Virus record (IMG/VR): IMGVR_UViG_3300012943_000012
Coordinates: 1-49,463 of that record
Reading direction: 5' to 3' (one strand)
DNA: 49,463 nucleotides
Source: a virus
Taxonomy: Duplodnaviria > Caudoviricetes
The notes under the pieces were generated by a model. It searched no databases. It had not been told where the DNA came from and worked only from the letters and a program-made list of their open reading frames with translations. Positions 40,308-48,260 of the stretch are shown here, one piece after another. Both the position numbers and the translations under genes were made by a program. Each line of letters begins with the position of its first letter. The first letter of the stretch is position 1.

Positions 40308-40585
40308 CCAGTGAAGCCAGGCGTTTCAGTTCGGATGATTTTGAGATAACTGCCAACGAGTTTGATTCGGAATACCACGACCGTTGGGCAGCGATGATGC
40401 GACAGGCCGCATCCACCGAGGCCAAGGTGCAGGGGTTGGTTGAGGCGCTGGAGTGCATTCTAAAAATAGGTGGCTTCTCTCCTGAAGGCGCTGTCGCAGC
40501 GAAAGCCCTTTCCAAGTTCCTAGGTCCCTTTTGGTATTGGGGTGGCCCTTATGGTCCTGTAATCAATTCTAAGAAGCCAGCCTAG
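40304..40585 (+). CDS. Hypothetical protein
   Basis: GGAG RBS and ATGA overlap. Confidence 0.6.
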   Translation: MTSEARRFSSDDFEITANEFDSEYHDRWAAMMRQAASTEAKVQGLVEALECILKIGGFSPEGAVAAKALSKFLGPFWYWGGPYGPVINSKKPA

Positions 40586-40633
40586 GCTACCCTACCAACC
40601 ACCCTCACAAACCGCTTGTAGGAGCATACAGCC

Positions 40634-40786
40634 ATGTCCCTTGATGATGACGAATACGTTGCCATCCTGGCCCTAGAGCGTCAGGTAAATGCTCTTCAGG
40701 CTAAGGTATTAGCCCTTGAGAGTGTTAATCGTCAACTTGGAGAAGAAAATGCCTTCCTCAGAAATCAAGCTGTGGCCCAAGTTTAA
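40634..40786 (+). CDS. 50-aa coiled-coil protein
   Basis: AGGAG RBS and heptad pattern. Confidence 0.6.
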   Translation: MSLDDDEYVAILALERQVNALQAKVLALESVNRQLGEENAFLRNQAVAQV

Positions 40787-41024
40787 GTACAAACAGAATG
40801 GGCATGGCCAAGTAAGGGTCTGGATTAAGGAAGGACCCTTATCTATCTTCTGGAAGAAGGTCACCACCGAGATGAGATGGGCTAACTGGGGTGATAGGCA
40901 TCCTGTGCCCTACTATGCTGATGATCTTGAACGAGCTCAATATGCCATGAGAGAAATGCTTAGGATGAGAGCTGAGCATTTAGATGCTTGGAAAAAGTCA
41001 CACACTTGGAAGATGGTCAAATGA
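40749..41024 (+). CDS. Hypothetical protein
   Basis: GGAG RBS before ATG 40749. Confidence 0.6.
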   Translation: MPSSEIKLWPKFKYKQNGHGQVRVWIKEGPLSIFWKKVTTEMRWANWGDRHPVPYYADDLERAQYAMREMLRMRAEHLDAWKKSHTWKMVK

Positions 41025-41281
41025 CATTCTCAGCACAAGATATCAGGGGTATGTATGCAAACGATACGTACATACAAGGCCTTGAGGCAGTTGAAGAAGC
41101 CATCAAGGCCACAGCTAAAGAAGCACACAGGGTTGTCGTTGATATTCCCACGGGTACAAACTCTAATGGGGAATATTGTGAAGCGTATCATGTGGTTAAG
41201 AACCTACAAACACGTGGGTTTGAAGTGAACCTTGTCCATGATCCTGAGAATGGGTCATCTGAATTAACTATTAGGTGGTGA
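41021..41281 (+). CDS. Hypothetical protein
   Basis: ATGA overlap. Confidence 0.65.
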   Translation: MTFSAQDIRGMYANDTYIQGLEAVEEAIKATAKEAHRVVVDIPTGTNSNGEYCEAYHVVKNLQTRGFEVNLVHDPENGSSELTIRW

Positions 41282-41429
41282 TATGTTTCGCATCATAGCT
41301 TTTACTAAAAGTGGTCAGCCGACTGCTGGAGATTAAGGAGCGTATCACTCGTAAGGTTAGGGTCACTAAGCGTGAGGAAGTGATCATTCATACCGAAACT
41401 GAAGTTAACTTTGAGTTTGGGAGTTGATC

Positions 41430-41594
41430 ATGCCCAAAGTGATTGACTACAAAATCATCACATCAGATGCAGCAAGTGATTTGGAAAGGGTCGTTAAGTA
41501 TTACATCGGGAGTGGATGGCAGCCCCTTGGACAACCTTACGCTAGGGAATCTATGCATCCACGTTGGTTCCAAGTTGTGGTTAAGTACCAGTAA
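41430..41594 (+). CDS. 54-aa DUF1737-like protein
   Basis: YKII...LERVV...GWQPLGQP...QVVVK; GGAG RBS. Confidence 0.6.
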   Translation: MPKVIDYKIITSDAASDLERVVKYYIGSGWQPLGQPYARESMHPRWFQVVVKYQ

Positions 41595-41644
41595 GTCAAC
41601 AAGTTGTTCAATGCCAAATCGTTGATTTTTGTGCAAAAGTTTAA

Positions 41645-41727
41645 GGGTTGTGTGTAGTTCGTAAGTATCAAGACTGAGCACGAACCAGACTGATAAACTG
41701 GGAATCACTCACTACTGACAACCCACC
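41645..41727 (+). ncRNA. Candidate three-way-junction small RNA
   Basis: GGGTTGT/ACAACCC closing stem and two hairpins with complementary loops. Confidence 0.5.
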
Positions 41728-41732
41728 TTTAT

Positions 41733-41810
41733 GCGCCTATAGCTCAGTTGGATTAGAGCAGGGGACTTCTAAGCCCATGGTCGGCGGTTCGAGTCCGTCT
41801 AGGCGTACCA
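41733..41810 (+). tRNA. tRNA-Arg(TCT)
   Basis: Acceptor GCGCCTA/TAGGCGT, D arm, loop CTTCTAA, GGTTCGAGTCC, encoded CCA. Confidence 0.92.
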
Positions 41811-41815
41811 CTTCA

Positions 41816-41888
41816 GCGTCCATAGTTCAATTGGTAGAATCTCAGGTTTCCAACTTGGTTGTTGTGAGTTCGAGTCTCACTGGACGCT
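41816..41888 (+). tRNA. tRNA-Gly(TCC)
   Basis: Acceptor GCGTCCA/TGGACGC, loop TTTCCAA, GTTCGAGTC; followed by CCG rather than CCA. Confidence 0.9.
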
Positions 41889-41992
41889 CCGCCTTCCCTA
41901 AGCCCCTACAAGGGCTTCCTAACAACTCCCTAATACCAACCCTAAGGGGTGGCTCTAGAAAGGGCTTACAGAGGCTTACAGACGTGTTCACG

Positions 41993-42130
41993 ATGTTTTT
42001 CCTATGGCTTGCTGCCAGTATTTTTATCTACCCTGTCTATAATAAGGGTTATGGGGCAGCAGCCGATGCCATGTTCACCATTATTGCCACTGTTACAGTC
42101 CTATTTGCTGCCCTAGCTTTTAATTGGTGA
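41993..42130 (+). CDS. Small membrane protein
   Basis: Two hydrophobic segments. Confidence 0.55.
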   Translation: MFFLWLAASIFIYPVYNKGYGAAADAMFTIIATVTVLFAALAFNW

Positions 42131-42134
42131 TCTT

Positions 42135-42314
42135 ATGACTCGTAGATTTTTGTTCTTCATTTTAGAAATGATTGTTATAGGCTTGGCATTCCTGTCCAAC
42201 AATATGGCTGGTAACCACTGGGGTACTGGTGAGTACGCTGCTCTGTTCCTGGCAGTCTTTTTCTTCGGCACCCTAGCTAACTGGGTCCTATCCGAAGAAT
42301 TAGGTTACTATTAA
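42135..42314 (+). CDS. 59-aa two-TM membrane protein
   Basis: Clean ORF with two hydrophobic helices. Confidence 0.6.
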   Translation: MTRRFLFFILEMIVIGLAFLSNNMAGNHWGTGEYAALFLAVFFFGTLANWVLSEELGYY

Positions 42315-42321
42315 GTTCAAC

Positions 42322-42542
42322 TGAACAGGTAGTTTATCGGACTAAAACTCACCATAGCCTCTATCACCTACCCATCAAGATGATGAGTTGGTAGGAATGG
42401 ATATCAAGTAATCCTGAAACTAGACCCAGATTAGCCTAGAGACGTGTATACGCCTCAAATCTAAAGTCGAGGCTACATCCAGGAACTCTTGTGGTGATAC
42501 ATTTGGTGAAAGATGGGGTCAGGACCCATCCCTGTTCAACTA
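42322..42542 (+). ncRNA. tRNA-shaped RNA with large structured insert
   Basis: Acceptor-, D-, anticodon- and T-like stems flank a ~150-nt folded insert. Confidence 0.65.
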
Positions 42543-42635
42543 TTCTGGAGATAAGATGATCACGATATGCCTTATGATGGCAGCTCTGGCCATCTTAGCT
42601 TACTGTTCTAAAGATGATGACAACGGGAGACACCC

Positions 42636-42824
42636 ATGAGTAAGCATGTTGCCACTAAAACCCCCTATTTTCCCCAGCTCCGTAACAGCTTGGGACAGTT
42701 CCTTCGGAGCCTTGAACGGTTAGTTCACACCTCAGCCTTCATCATCCCTGAGCATAAGAATAATCAGGGAGCCACTGTAAGCCCCTCTGTGCGTCGTCCT
42801 GGTCTCACCTATAGGAAGGCCTAG
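42636..42824 (+). CDS. Hypothetical protein
   Basis: GGAG RBS. Confidence 0.6.
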   Translation: MSKHVATKTPYFPQLRNSLGQFLRSLERLVHTSAFIIPEHKNNQGATVSPSVRRPGLTYRKA

Positions 42825-43016
42825 GGTTATGTCTACAATGGCCGTAGTGGTCTTCCTAGGAGGTCTGGTGGGCATTGTCCTGCTAGGTCTTCGGTATGGA
42901 ACCCTTGATGAAGAGTGATTTACTGTGGCTTAGTCCACTGCTACTAGTATTTGGAGTGCCTGCCTTAATTGGTGGGTACATTGGTATTCTTATTGGCTTA
43001 TACATGAGACATAGAG

Positions 43017-43346
43017 ATGACACACGACGAGATGATTGCCATCATTCAGGCTCATAAGGAAGGCAAGACCATCCAATATCGACGCCCAGATAAAACGTGG
43101 GAAGATTCCGTCTCCGCTAGTGTTGGAGATAAATATCCTACCTTCAATTTCGCTAATGTTATTTATCGTGTGAAGCCTGATCCACAGGTTCGTTATGCTG
43201 TCCTTGATATTAATGGGCATGGTTGGATGCTTTCTGGTAGAACCTTGTGGTTGCTGAGAGCAACTGCTGAGGAAGCCTTTAATGAGGCTAATAAGATCGG
43301 TAGTAATGGTCCTTATCGTGTTGTTAAGTTTGTGGAACAGCTGTAA
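43017..43346 (+). CDS. Hypothetical protein
   Basis: IQAHKEGKTIQYR...W...NF...YRVKP pattern common in phage early proteins. Confidence 0.75.
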   Translation: MTHDEMIAIIQAHKEGKTIQYRRPDKTWEDSVSASVGDKYPTFNFANVIYRVKPDPQVRYAVLDINGHGWMLSGRTLWLLRATAEEAFNEANKIGSNGPYRVVKFVEQL

Positions 43347-43489
43347 ATCATCCTAATCAACCCTTAAGATCAAGAGCATGCTATAAAGGTCAAAGGCAGG
43401 GATGGTTCTCTTCGAGAACATATACCTAAGGTATCCTTAGTATACCTATAGTATATATAATATATATCTAACCTTGCCGGGGCAAAATT

Positions 43490-43518
43490 AGGGTATCACA
43501 CAAATTCATTCTTGTCAA
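43490..43518 (-). promoter_or_regulatory. Leftward sigma70-type promoter
   Basis: TTGACA-17 bp-TACCCT with TGn extension on the - strand. Confidence 0.65.
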
Positions 43519-43602
43519 GGGTTTTCTGCATGATTTTTGGAATAATTTATATCTGCATGATTTCATTGGCATTATCCATAATCATCCTGTCGAGAAGGGA
43601 CA

Positions 43603-43737
43603 ATGAAAGTTTCTACCAGCACACTTACGAACCAACAGATTGAAAACCTAGTAGCTAAAGGTTACCAAGTGGTGATCAATGCTGACGAGGAATTCGCTGA
43701 TATCACCAAGGTGGTGGTTGAGGAAACTGTCCAGTGA
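43603..43737 (+). CDS. 44-aa hypothetical protein
   Basis: AAGGGA RBS; GTGA overlap with the GGCT gene. Confidence 0.55.
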   Translation: MKVSTSTLTNQQIENLVAKGYQVVINADEEFADITKVVVEETVQ

Positions 43738-44081
43738 GCCACCTAATTTTTGTATATGGAACCCTTAAGCAGGGCCATGGTAATCATCGCCTGATCCATG
43801 ACCAGAAGTTTAAGGGTATTGGTGTGTCTGAGGAGAACTTCCAAATGTATAGTTTGGGGGGTTTCCCGGGAGTTGTCGCAGGATCTAAGGAGATCGTGGG
43901 AGAACTGTATGAGGTTGATGACCTCGCCTTTGAGCGTTGTGATAGGCTTGAAGGTCATCCTCACTTCTATAAGCGTGAGCAGGTTCAAGTGATGAATGAA
44001 GAATTTGAGGATGTCTTGGCCTGGATTTATATTTATCAGGGTAAGACAGAAGGGCTGGAGGCTGTTGACGAATGGAAGTGA
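43734..44081 (+). CDS. Gamma-glutamylcyclotransferase (AIG2-like)
   Basis: FVYGTLK...N, GELYEV, DRLEG...Y. Confidence 0.9.
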   Translation: MSHLIFVYGTLKQGHGNHRLIHDQKFKGIGVSEENFQMYSLGGFPGVVAGSKEIVGELYEVDDLAFERCDRLEGHPHFYKREQVQVMNEEFEDVLAWIYIYQGKTEGLEAVDEWK

Positions 44082-44914
44082 TCTCTGAAGAACTGCTAAT
44101 TAAGGCTAGAGATAAGGTTAACAGTCTATTGAAAAGTGGGGAATTCAGAGATCGTGATGCTCTGATCACCACTGGTATTGTGGCAGCTTATGTGTTGGTG
44201 TATGCTCATGAGGGGATTACCCCCTGTCACCAGATGTGCATGGCTCAGCTTAGAGGAACAATAGCTAAGGCTGCCGTCTGCCACATCCAAGGTGGTGCTC
44301 GTACAGTCCAGCCCATGACTGATGAAGAGGCCATCCGCTACCTTCAATATCTGATGGACAATGATATGTTCAAGGGAGCTTTCCTTAAGCACAATGCTGA
44401 GGAAGCTATGGCTGAACGTATGGTTTACCACGATCTTAACAGTCTTCCTGCCAATCAGGCTATGTGGGCTATCACAGCCACTCGTGCCCTATGGGAATCA
44501 CCCTTCAGCAAGGTGCCTAGCTGTTTCTGTAAGCTAGTGGATGCTGGTCTCAGTCCTGACTATAGTTATATTATGGCTCACTATCTCGAACCTAGTGGTG
44601 ATGGGTTTGTCCTCAGTGAGTTTAGGGGTAATAGTAATCATGCTGTAGTGTCGATGTATAATTTTGATGAAGTGTCCCTTAGGAACTTTATGAAACATAA
44701 AATCACTCTGCTTGCTCCTGGCCCTATTAGTGCTGGTAATGGTTACACCAAGTCTTATGGTGGTGGCTCCAGATATTCCATCTTTCAGTTATTTAAAGAT
44801 GAATATGAGTGTAGGGACGCGTTCATCCCCCTGAAGAAAATCCTCACTGATAAGTTGGGTAACAAACAGATTAGTCCAGAACAACTTAAGGCCTTGGAGG
44901 CTGATTATGCGTAA
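44072..44914 (+). CDS. Hypothetical protein within the ligase cluster
   Basis: 280-aa ORF overlapping both neighbours. Confidence 0.8.
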   Translation: MEVISEELLIKARDKVNSLLKSGEFRDRDALITTGIVAAYVLVYAHEGITPCHQMCMAQLRGTIAKAAVCHIQGGARTVQPMTDEEAIRYLQYLMDNDMFKGAFLKHNAEEAMAERMVYHDLNSLPANQAMWAITATRALWESPFSKVPSCFCKLVDAGLSPDYSYIMAHYLEPSGDGFVLSEFRGNSNHAVVSMYNFDEVSLRNFMKHKITLLAPGPISAGNGYTKSYGGGSRYSIFQLFKDEYECRDAFIPLKKILTDKLGNKQISPEQLKALEADYA

Positions 44915-45497
44915 GGTATTTGTTGTTGGTGGTAGCCGTGGCCTATGTAGTTGGTTCAACTCAGCTGGGTTTGAGACCACTGATGAGCCACTTAAGGCTG
45001 ATATCTTCCAGTTCATGGGTGGTGAAGATGTATCACCCGAGTTGTATGGACAGAAGAATACCGCCAGCTATAACAACTTCCAACGTGACATGAATGAGAT
45101 GGCCTACTTTGGGTTGGCCAAGCGGATGGATATCCCCATGATTGGTATTTGTCGTGGTGGACAATTCCTTAATGTCATGTGTGGTGGTGAGATGATCCAA
45201 CATGTGGATGGCCATGCTGTTAGTAAGGGTCACACACTTAAGATCATTCAAGAATTTGGTGATGATAAGGAAATTCATGCCACATCCACACATCATCAAC
45301 TTATGCTCCCTGATTATCGTAAGGCTGAGCTTTTGGCTTATGCCACAATTGTGGGAGATAGTGACCCAGAAGTTGTCCTCTATGAGGACGATCGTTGTAT
45401 CTGTTTCCAGCCGCACCCTGAGTACCCTCATAGCAGTAAAGAGCTTCAAGAGTATTACTTCTCGCTAGTCAACTCCCTTCTTTCTAAGGATTTCTGA
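44907..45497 (+). CDS. Class I glutamine amidotransferase (peptidase C26-like)
   Basis: GGEDV, GICRGGQ nucleophile elbow, STHHQ, QPHPE. Confidence 0.9.
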   Translation: MRKVFVVGGSRGLCSWFNSAGFETTDEPLKADIFQFMGGEDVSPELYGQKNTASYNNFQRDMNEMAYFGLAKRMDIPMIGICRGGQFLNVMCGGEMIQHVDGHAVSKGHTLKIIQEFGDDKEIHATSTHHQLMLPDYRKAELLAYATIVGDSDPEVVLYEDDRCICFQPHPEYPHSSKELQEYYFSLVNSLLSKDF

Positions 45498-45498
45498 A

Positions 45499-45957
45499 AT
45501 GCAGATCCATGAATTTCCCTATTGCTGTAAGGCACGTATCATCTCCAGCTTTGGTGCTGGCCATATCGGTGAGAATGATGACTATCTCAAGGCCCGAGGT
45601 ATTAGTGATCCATCTAAGGCCCGCGCCAAACGTTATTCCAAAGAAGAAGTCTTGGAATACCTTAAGAAGAATATTGAAGGTATGCGTAGCCTTGGTATCC
45701 ATGTAGTGTTTGCCTGTCCCACCAGCAATCAGCCTGAAGCCATTGAGGCCCTTGAAGAGTTTGGTTTCTTTGGTATTCCTGAGGGTGAACGTGCACATGG
45801 CAATAAGGTGCATTATTGTGGACACACTAAACCCAACAATTACGTTCCTGATAAGACTAATATTAAGGTTACCGTTGACCATTATATGGTACCTATGTTC
45901 TATTCCATTCCGTGTATTAGCGAAGAATACGCTGAGCAGTGGACTACCCTCAACTAA
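45499..45957 (+). CDS. Hypothetical protein
   Basis: AAGGA RBS; PYCC motif. Confidence 0.7.
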   Translation: MQIHEFPYCCKARIISSFGAGHIGENDDYLKARGISDPSKARAKRYSKEEVLEYLKKNIEGMRSLGIHVVFACPTSNQPEAIEALEEFGFFGIPEGERAHGNKVHYCGHTKPNNYVPDKTNIKVTVDHYMVPMFYSIPCISEEYAEQWTTLN

Positions 45958-46010
45958 GTTAACCAATGCTGACTGTCTAAATTTCCCCTAAATTTTAAGG
46001 AGAGATTCCC

Positions 46011-47444
46011 TTGTGCGGAATCGTAGGATGTGTGGGCAAGATTTGGAAGGCTGAAGAAGAGGCCTTCAAGTTGCTCCTCCAACTTGATACTATCCGTGGT
46101 CCTCATTCCACGGGTGTTCTTAGTGTATCGACCAATAATAAGGAAGACCTCACTTGGTTGAAGTCTGTAGGTACGCCATGGGAACTGTTCGAACTGGATG
46201 ATTGGCAGAAGCTAATTGGTCCTCGATCACATCGTGTACTTTTAGGACATAATCGTTGGGCTACCTCTGGTAAAGTTACCAATGAGAATGCTCACCCATT
46301 TGAGCATGGAACCTTCACAGGTGTACATAATGGCACCCTTCGGGCTCAACATCGGCTTAAGGACCATAAGGATCATGAGGTTGATTCCTCAAACATCTAT
46401 TATAATATGGCCCATGAAGGTGTTGAGGATACCCTTAAGAAACTTGAGGGTCCGTTTGCCTTGGTTTGGTATGATAGTGCCGAAGGTAAGCTCCAGATGG
46501 TCCGTAATAGTGAGCGTCCCTTGTGGATCTGTAAAACCACAGATGGTGATACTTACTTCTGGGCATCTGAGCCATGGATGATGAGAGTTGCTCTCAACAA
46601 GCATGGGATTAAGCACGGGGATCCTGTTGAGCTTGAGCCGGGGAAGTTGGTGTCCTTTGATGTTCCGTTTGGGTTTGGTAAGAAGGGTGAGTTTAAACCG
46701 TCCATCAAGGATGTTGAGTTCTATAAGTATGTTGCTCCTCCACGTGAGGATAATGACTACTACTCCCAACATCACTGGGCCCAGCGTCGTAGTGGTGGTT
46801 ATGGCTACCATTCTGGCTCTGCTGTTAACAGCAGTAATACAGGGGGTGGGCGTAATAACGTTGTCCCTTTCGTAAAGCCGGGAGTTGGAGTAGACTCCTT
46901 AAAGCTGTATTTGGGTAAGACTGTCGTCTTCTCTGTCATTGGTGAACGCACCAGCAATAAGCAGGATTATATTCTTGCTGAGGTTGAGGATCATCTAGCA
47001 CCTCAGGTACGTGTCTTCACTCCACCTAAGAAGAAGCTGGGTAAGTTGTTACTCGGCAGTGAGATGTTGTTCCGTGGTAAGGTCAAGTCCTGTACTGCTC
47101 AGGAGAAGTTTGGTAATTATCTGACTCTTGACCATCGGACCATCATTCCTGTTGTTCAGGAAGAAATGGTAGAGCTTCTCAATACTTTTGAGAAGACTAA
47201 CGAGATTCATAAGCAGCGTGTTGAAGATGTTCCTGAGGAAAAGTTTGTCTCTGGTTTCAGGGGCCTTATGATTCCTTTGGACCAGTGGTTTAAGAACACT
47301 GAGAATGGTTGTTCTTGGTGTCGTGATTTTGCCAAAGTATCTGAAGCTGAAGAGCTTATGTGGCTCAAGAGTGACGAATATCTCTGCCCGCTTTGTCAGG
47401 TGGATGATGAAGTCTTGTCTATGATCAATTTGCCTGATAGGTAA
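46011..47444 (+). CDS. Class II (Ntn) glutamine amidotransferase with C-terminal Zn finger
   Basis: MCGIVG, RG, GHNRWAT, HPF, HNG; CSWC...CPLC; TTG start after AAGGAG. Confidence 0.92.
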   Translation: MCGIVGCVGKIWKAEEEAFKLLLQLDTIRGPHSTGVLSVSTNNKEDLTWLKSVGTPWELFELDDWQKLIGPRSHRVLLGHNRWATSGKVTNENAHPFEHGTFTGVHNGTLRAQHRLKDHKDHEVDSSNIYYNMAHEGVEDTLKKLEGPFALVWYDSAEGKLQMVRNSERPLWICKTTDGDTYFWASEPWMMRVALNKHGIKHGDPVELEPGKLVSFDVPFGFGKKGEFKPSIKDVEFYKYVAPPREDNDYYSQHHWAQRRSGGYGYHSGSAVNSSNTGGGRNNVVPFVKPGVGVDSLKLYLGKTVVFSVIGERTSNKQDYILAEVEDHLAPQVRVFTPPKKKLGKLLLGSEMLFRGKVKSCTAQEKFGNYLTLDHRTIIPVVQEEMVELLNTFEKTNEIHKQRVEDVPEEKFVSGFRGLMIPLDQWFKNTENGCSWCRDFAKVSEAEELMWLKSDEYLCPLCQVDDEVLSMINLPDR

Positions 47445-47447
47445 TCC

Positions 47448-48260
47448 ATGAAAATCCTTGTTGGTGCAGACCCCGAGTTGTTTGCCTTCGATAAAGAAAC
47501 TCCGGTTAGTGCGTTTGGCCTGATCAAAGGTACCAAGTATGAGCCCTTCAAGGTTCAGGATGGTGCTGTTCAGGTGGATGGTATGGCTCTTGAGTTCAAC
47601 ATTAACCCCGCTGAGAATGAGGCTGAGTTCATTAAGAACCTCAACAGTGTGATGAGCAGCCTTAAGAGTATGGTTCCGGATTTTGATATCCGTGCTGTAC
47701 CTGTGGCTGAATTTGGTATTGACTACATCCTTGAACAGCCTCAGGAAGCCGTTGAGCTGGGCTGTACGCCCGACTTTGATGCTTGGGCTAATGGTAGTAT
47801 CAATGAGCCTCCGAATGCCATGATGCCCTTTAGAACGGGTGCTGGACATGTCCACATTGGTTGGGTGGAAACTAATGATGCCAGCGAGTATGACCCTGAT
47901 CATCTTGAAAAGTGTGTCAGTGTAATCAAGCAGCTGGATTTCTTCCTTGGCCTTCCATCCTTGTTCTATGACAAGGGTGTTAAGCGTCGTACCATGTACG
48001 GTAAGCCGGGGTGTTTCCGTCCTAAGACTTATGGTGCTGAGTATCGTGTCCTGAGTAATCAGTGGCTAGAGTCTGATGCACTTAAAGGTTGGGTCTTCCG
48101 TAACACTAAGGAAGCTCTTGAGCGTCATGAGAAGGGTGATCTGGTTTATAATCAGGTTAACACCAAGATTCTCAAGAATCTGATGGATGCAGAACCGGAT
48201 CTTATTCGTGTCCGTAAGATGCTGGATAAACTTAATATCGAGATCCCTAAGGTGGCATAA
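47448..48260 (+). CDS. phiEco32-like COOH-NH2 ligase (type 2)
   Basis: GADPE, DGMALE, GCTPD, AGHVHIG, RR..YG..G.FR, GAEYR. Confidence 0.9.
   Translation: MKILVGADPELFAFDKETPVSAFGLIKGTKYEPFKVQDGAVQVDGMALEFNINPAENEAEFIKNLNSVMSSLKSMVPDFDIRAVPVAEFGIDYILEQPQEAVELGCTPDFDAWANGSINEPPNAMMPFRTGAGHVHIGWVETNDASEYDPDHLEKCVSVIKQLDFFLGLPSLFYDKGVKRRTMYGKPGCFRPKTYGAEYRVLSNQWLESDALKGWVFRNTKEALERHEKGDLVYNQVNTKILKNLMDAEPDLIRVRKMLDKLNIEIPKVA

Noticed and set aside
41777-41992. N-terminal extension of the 41777..42130 ORF
   Set aside because: It overlaps both tRNA genes; the true start is probably 41993.
42322-42542. Canonical tmRNA or hammerhead ribozyme
   Set aside because: No Ala identity elements, TTC loop or evident tag ORF, and no intact CTGANGA core.
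47049-47903. 284-aa antisense ORF and the other long shadow ORFs (e.g. 29304-29912, 18016-18603)
   Set aside because: They lie opposite well-supported genes, lack motifs and are explained by codon bias.
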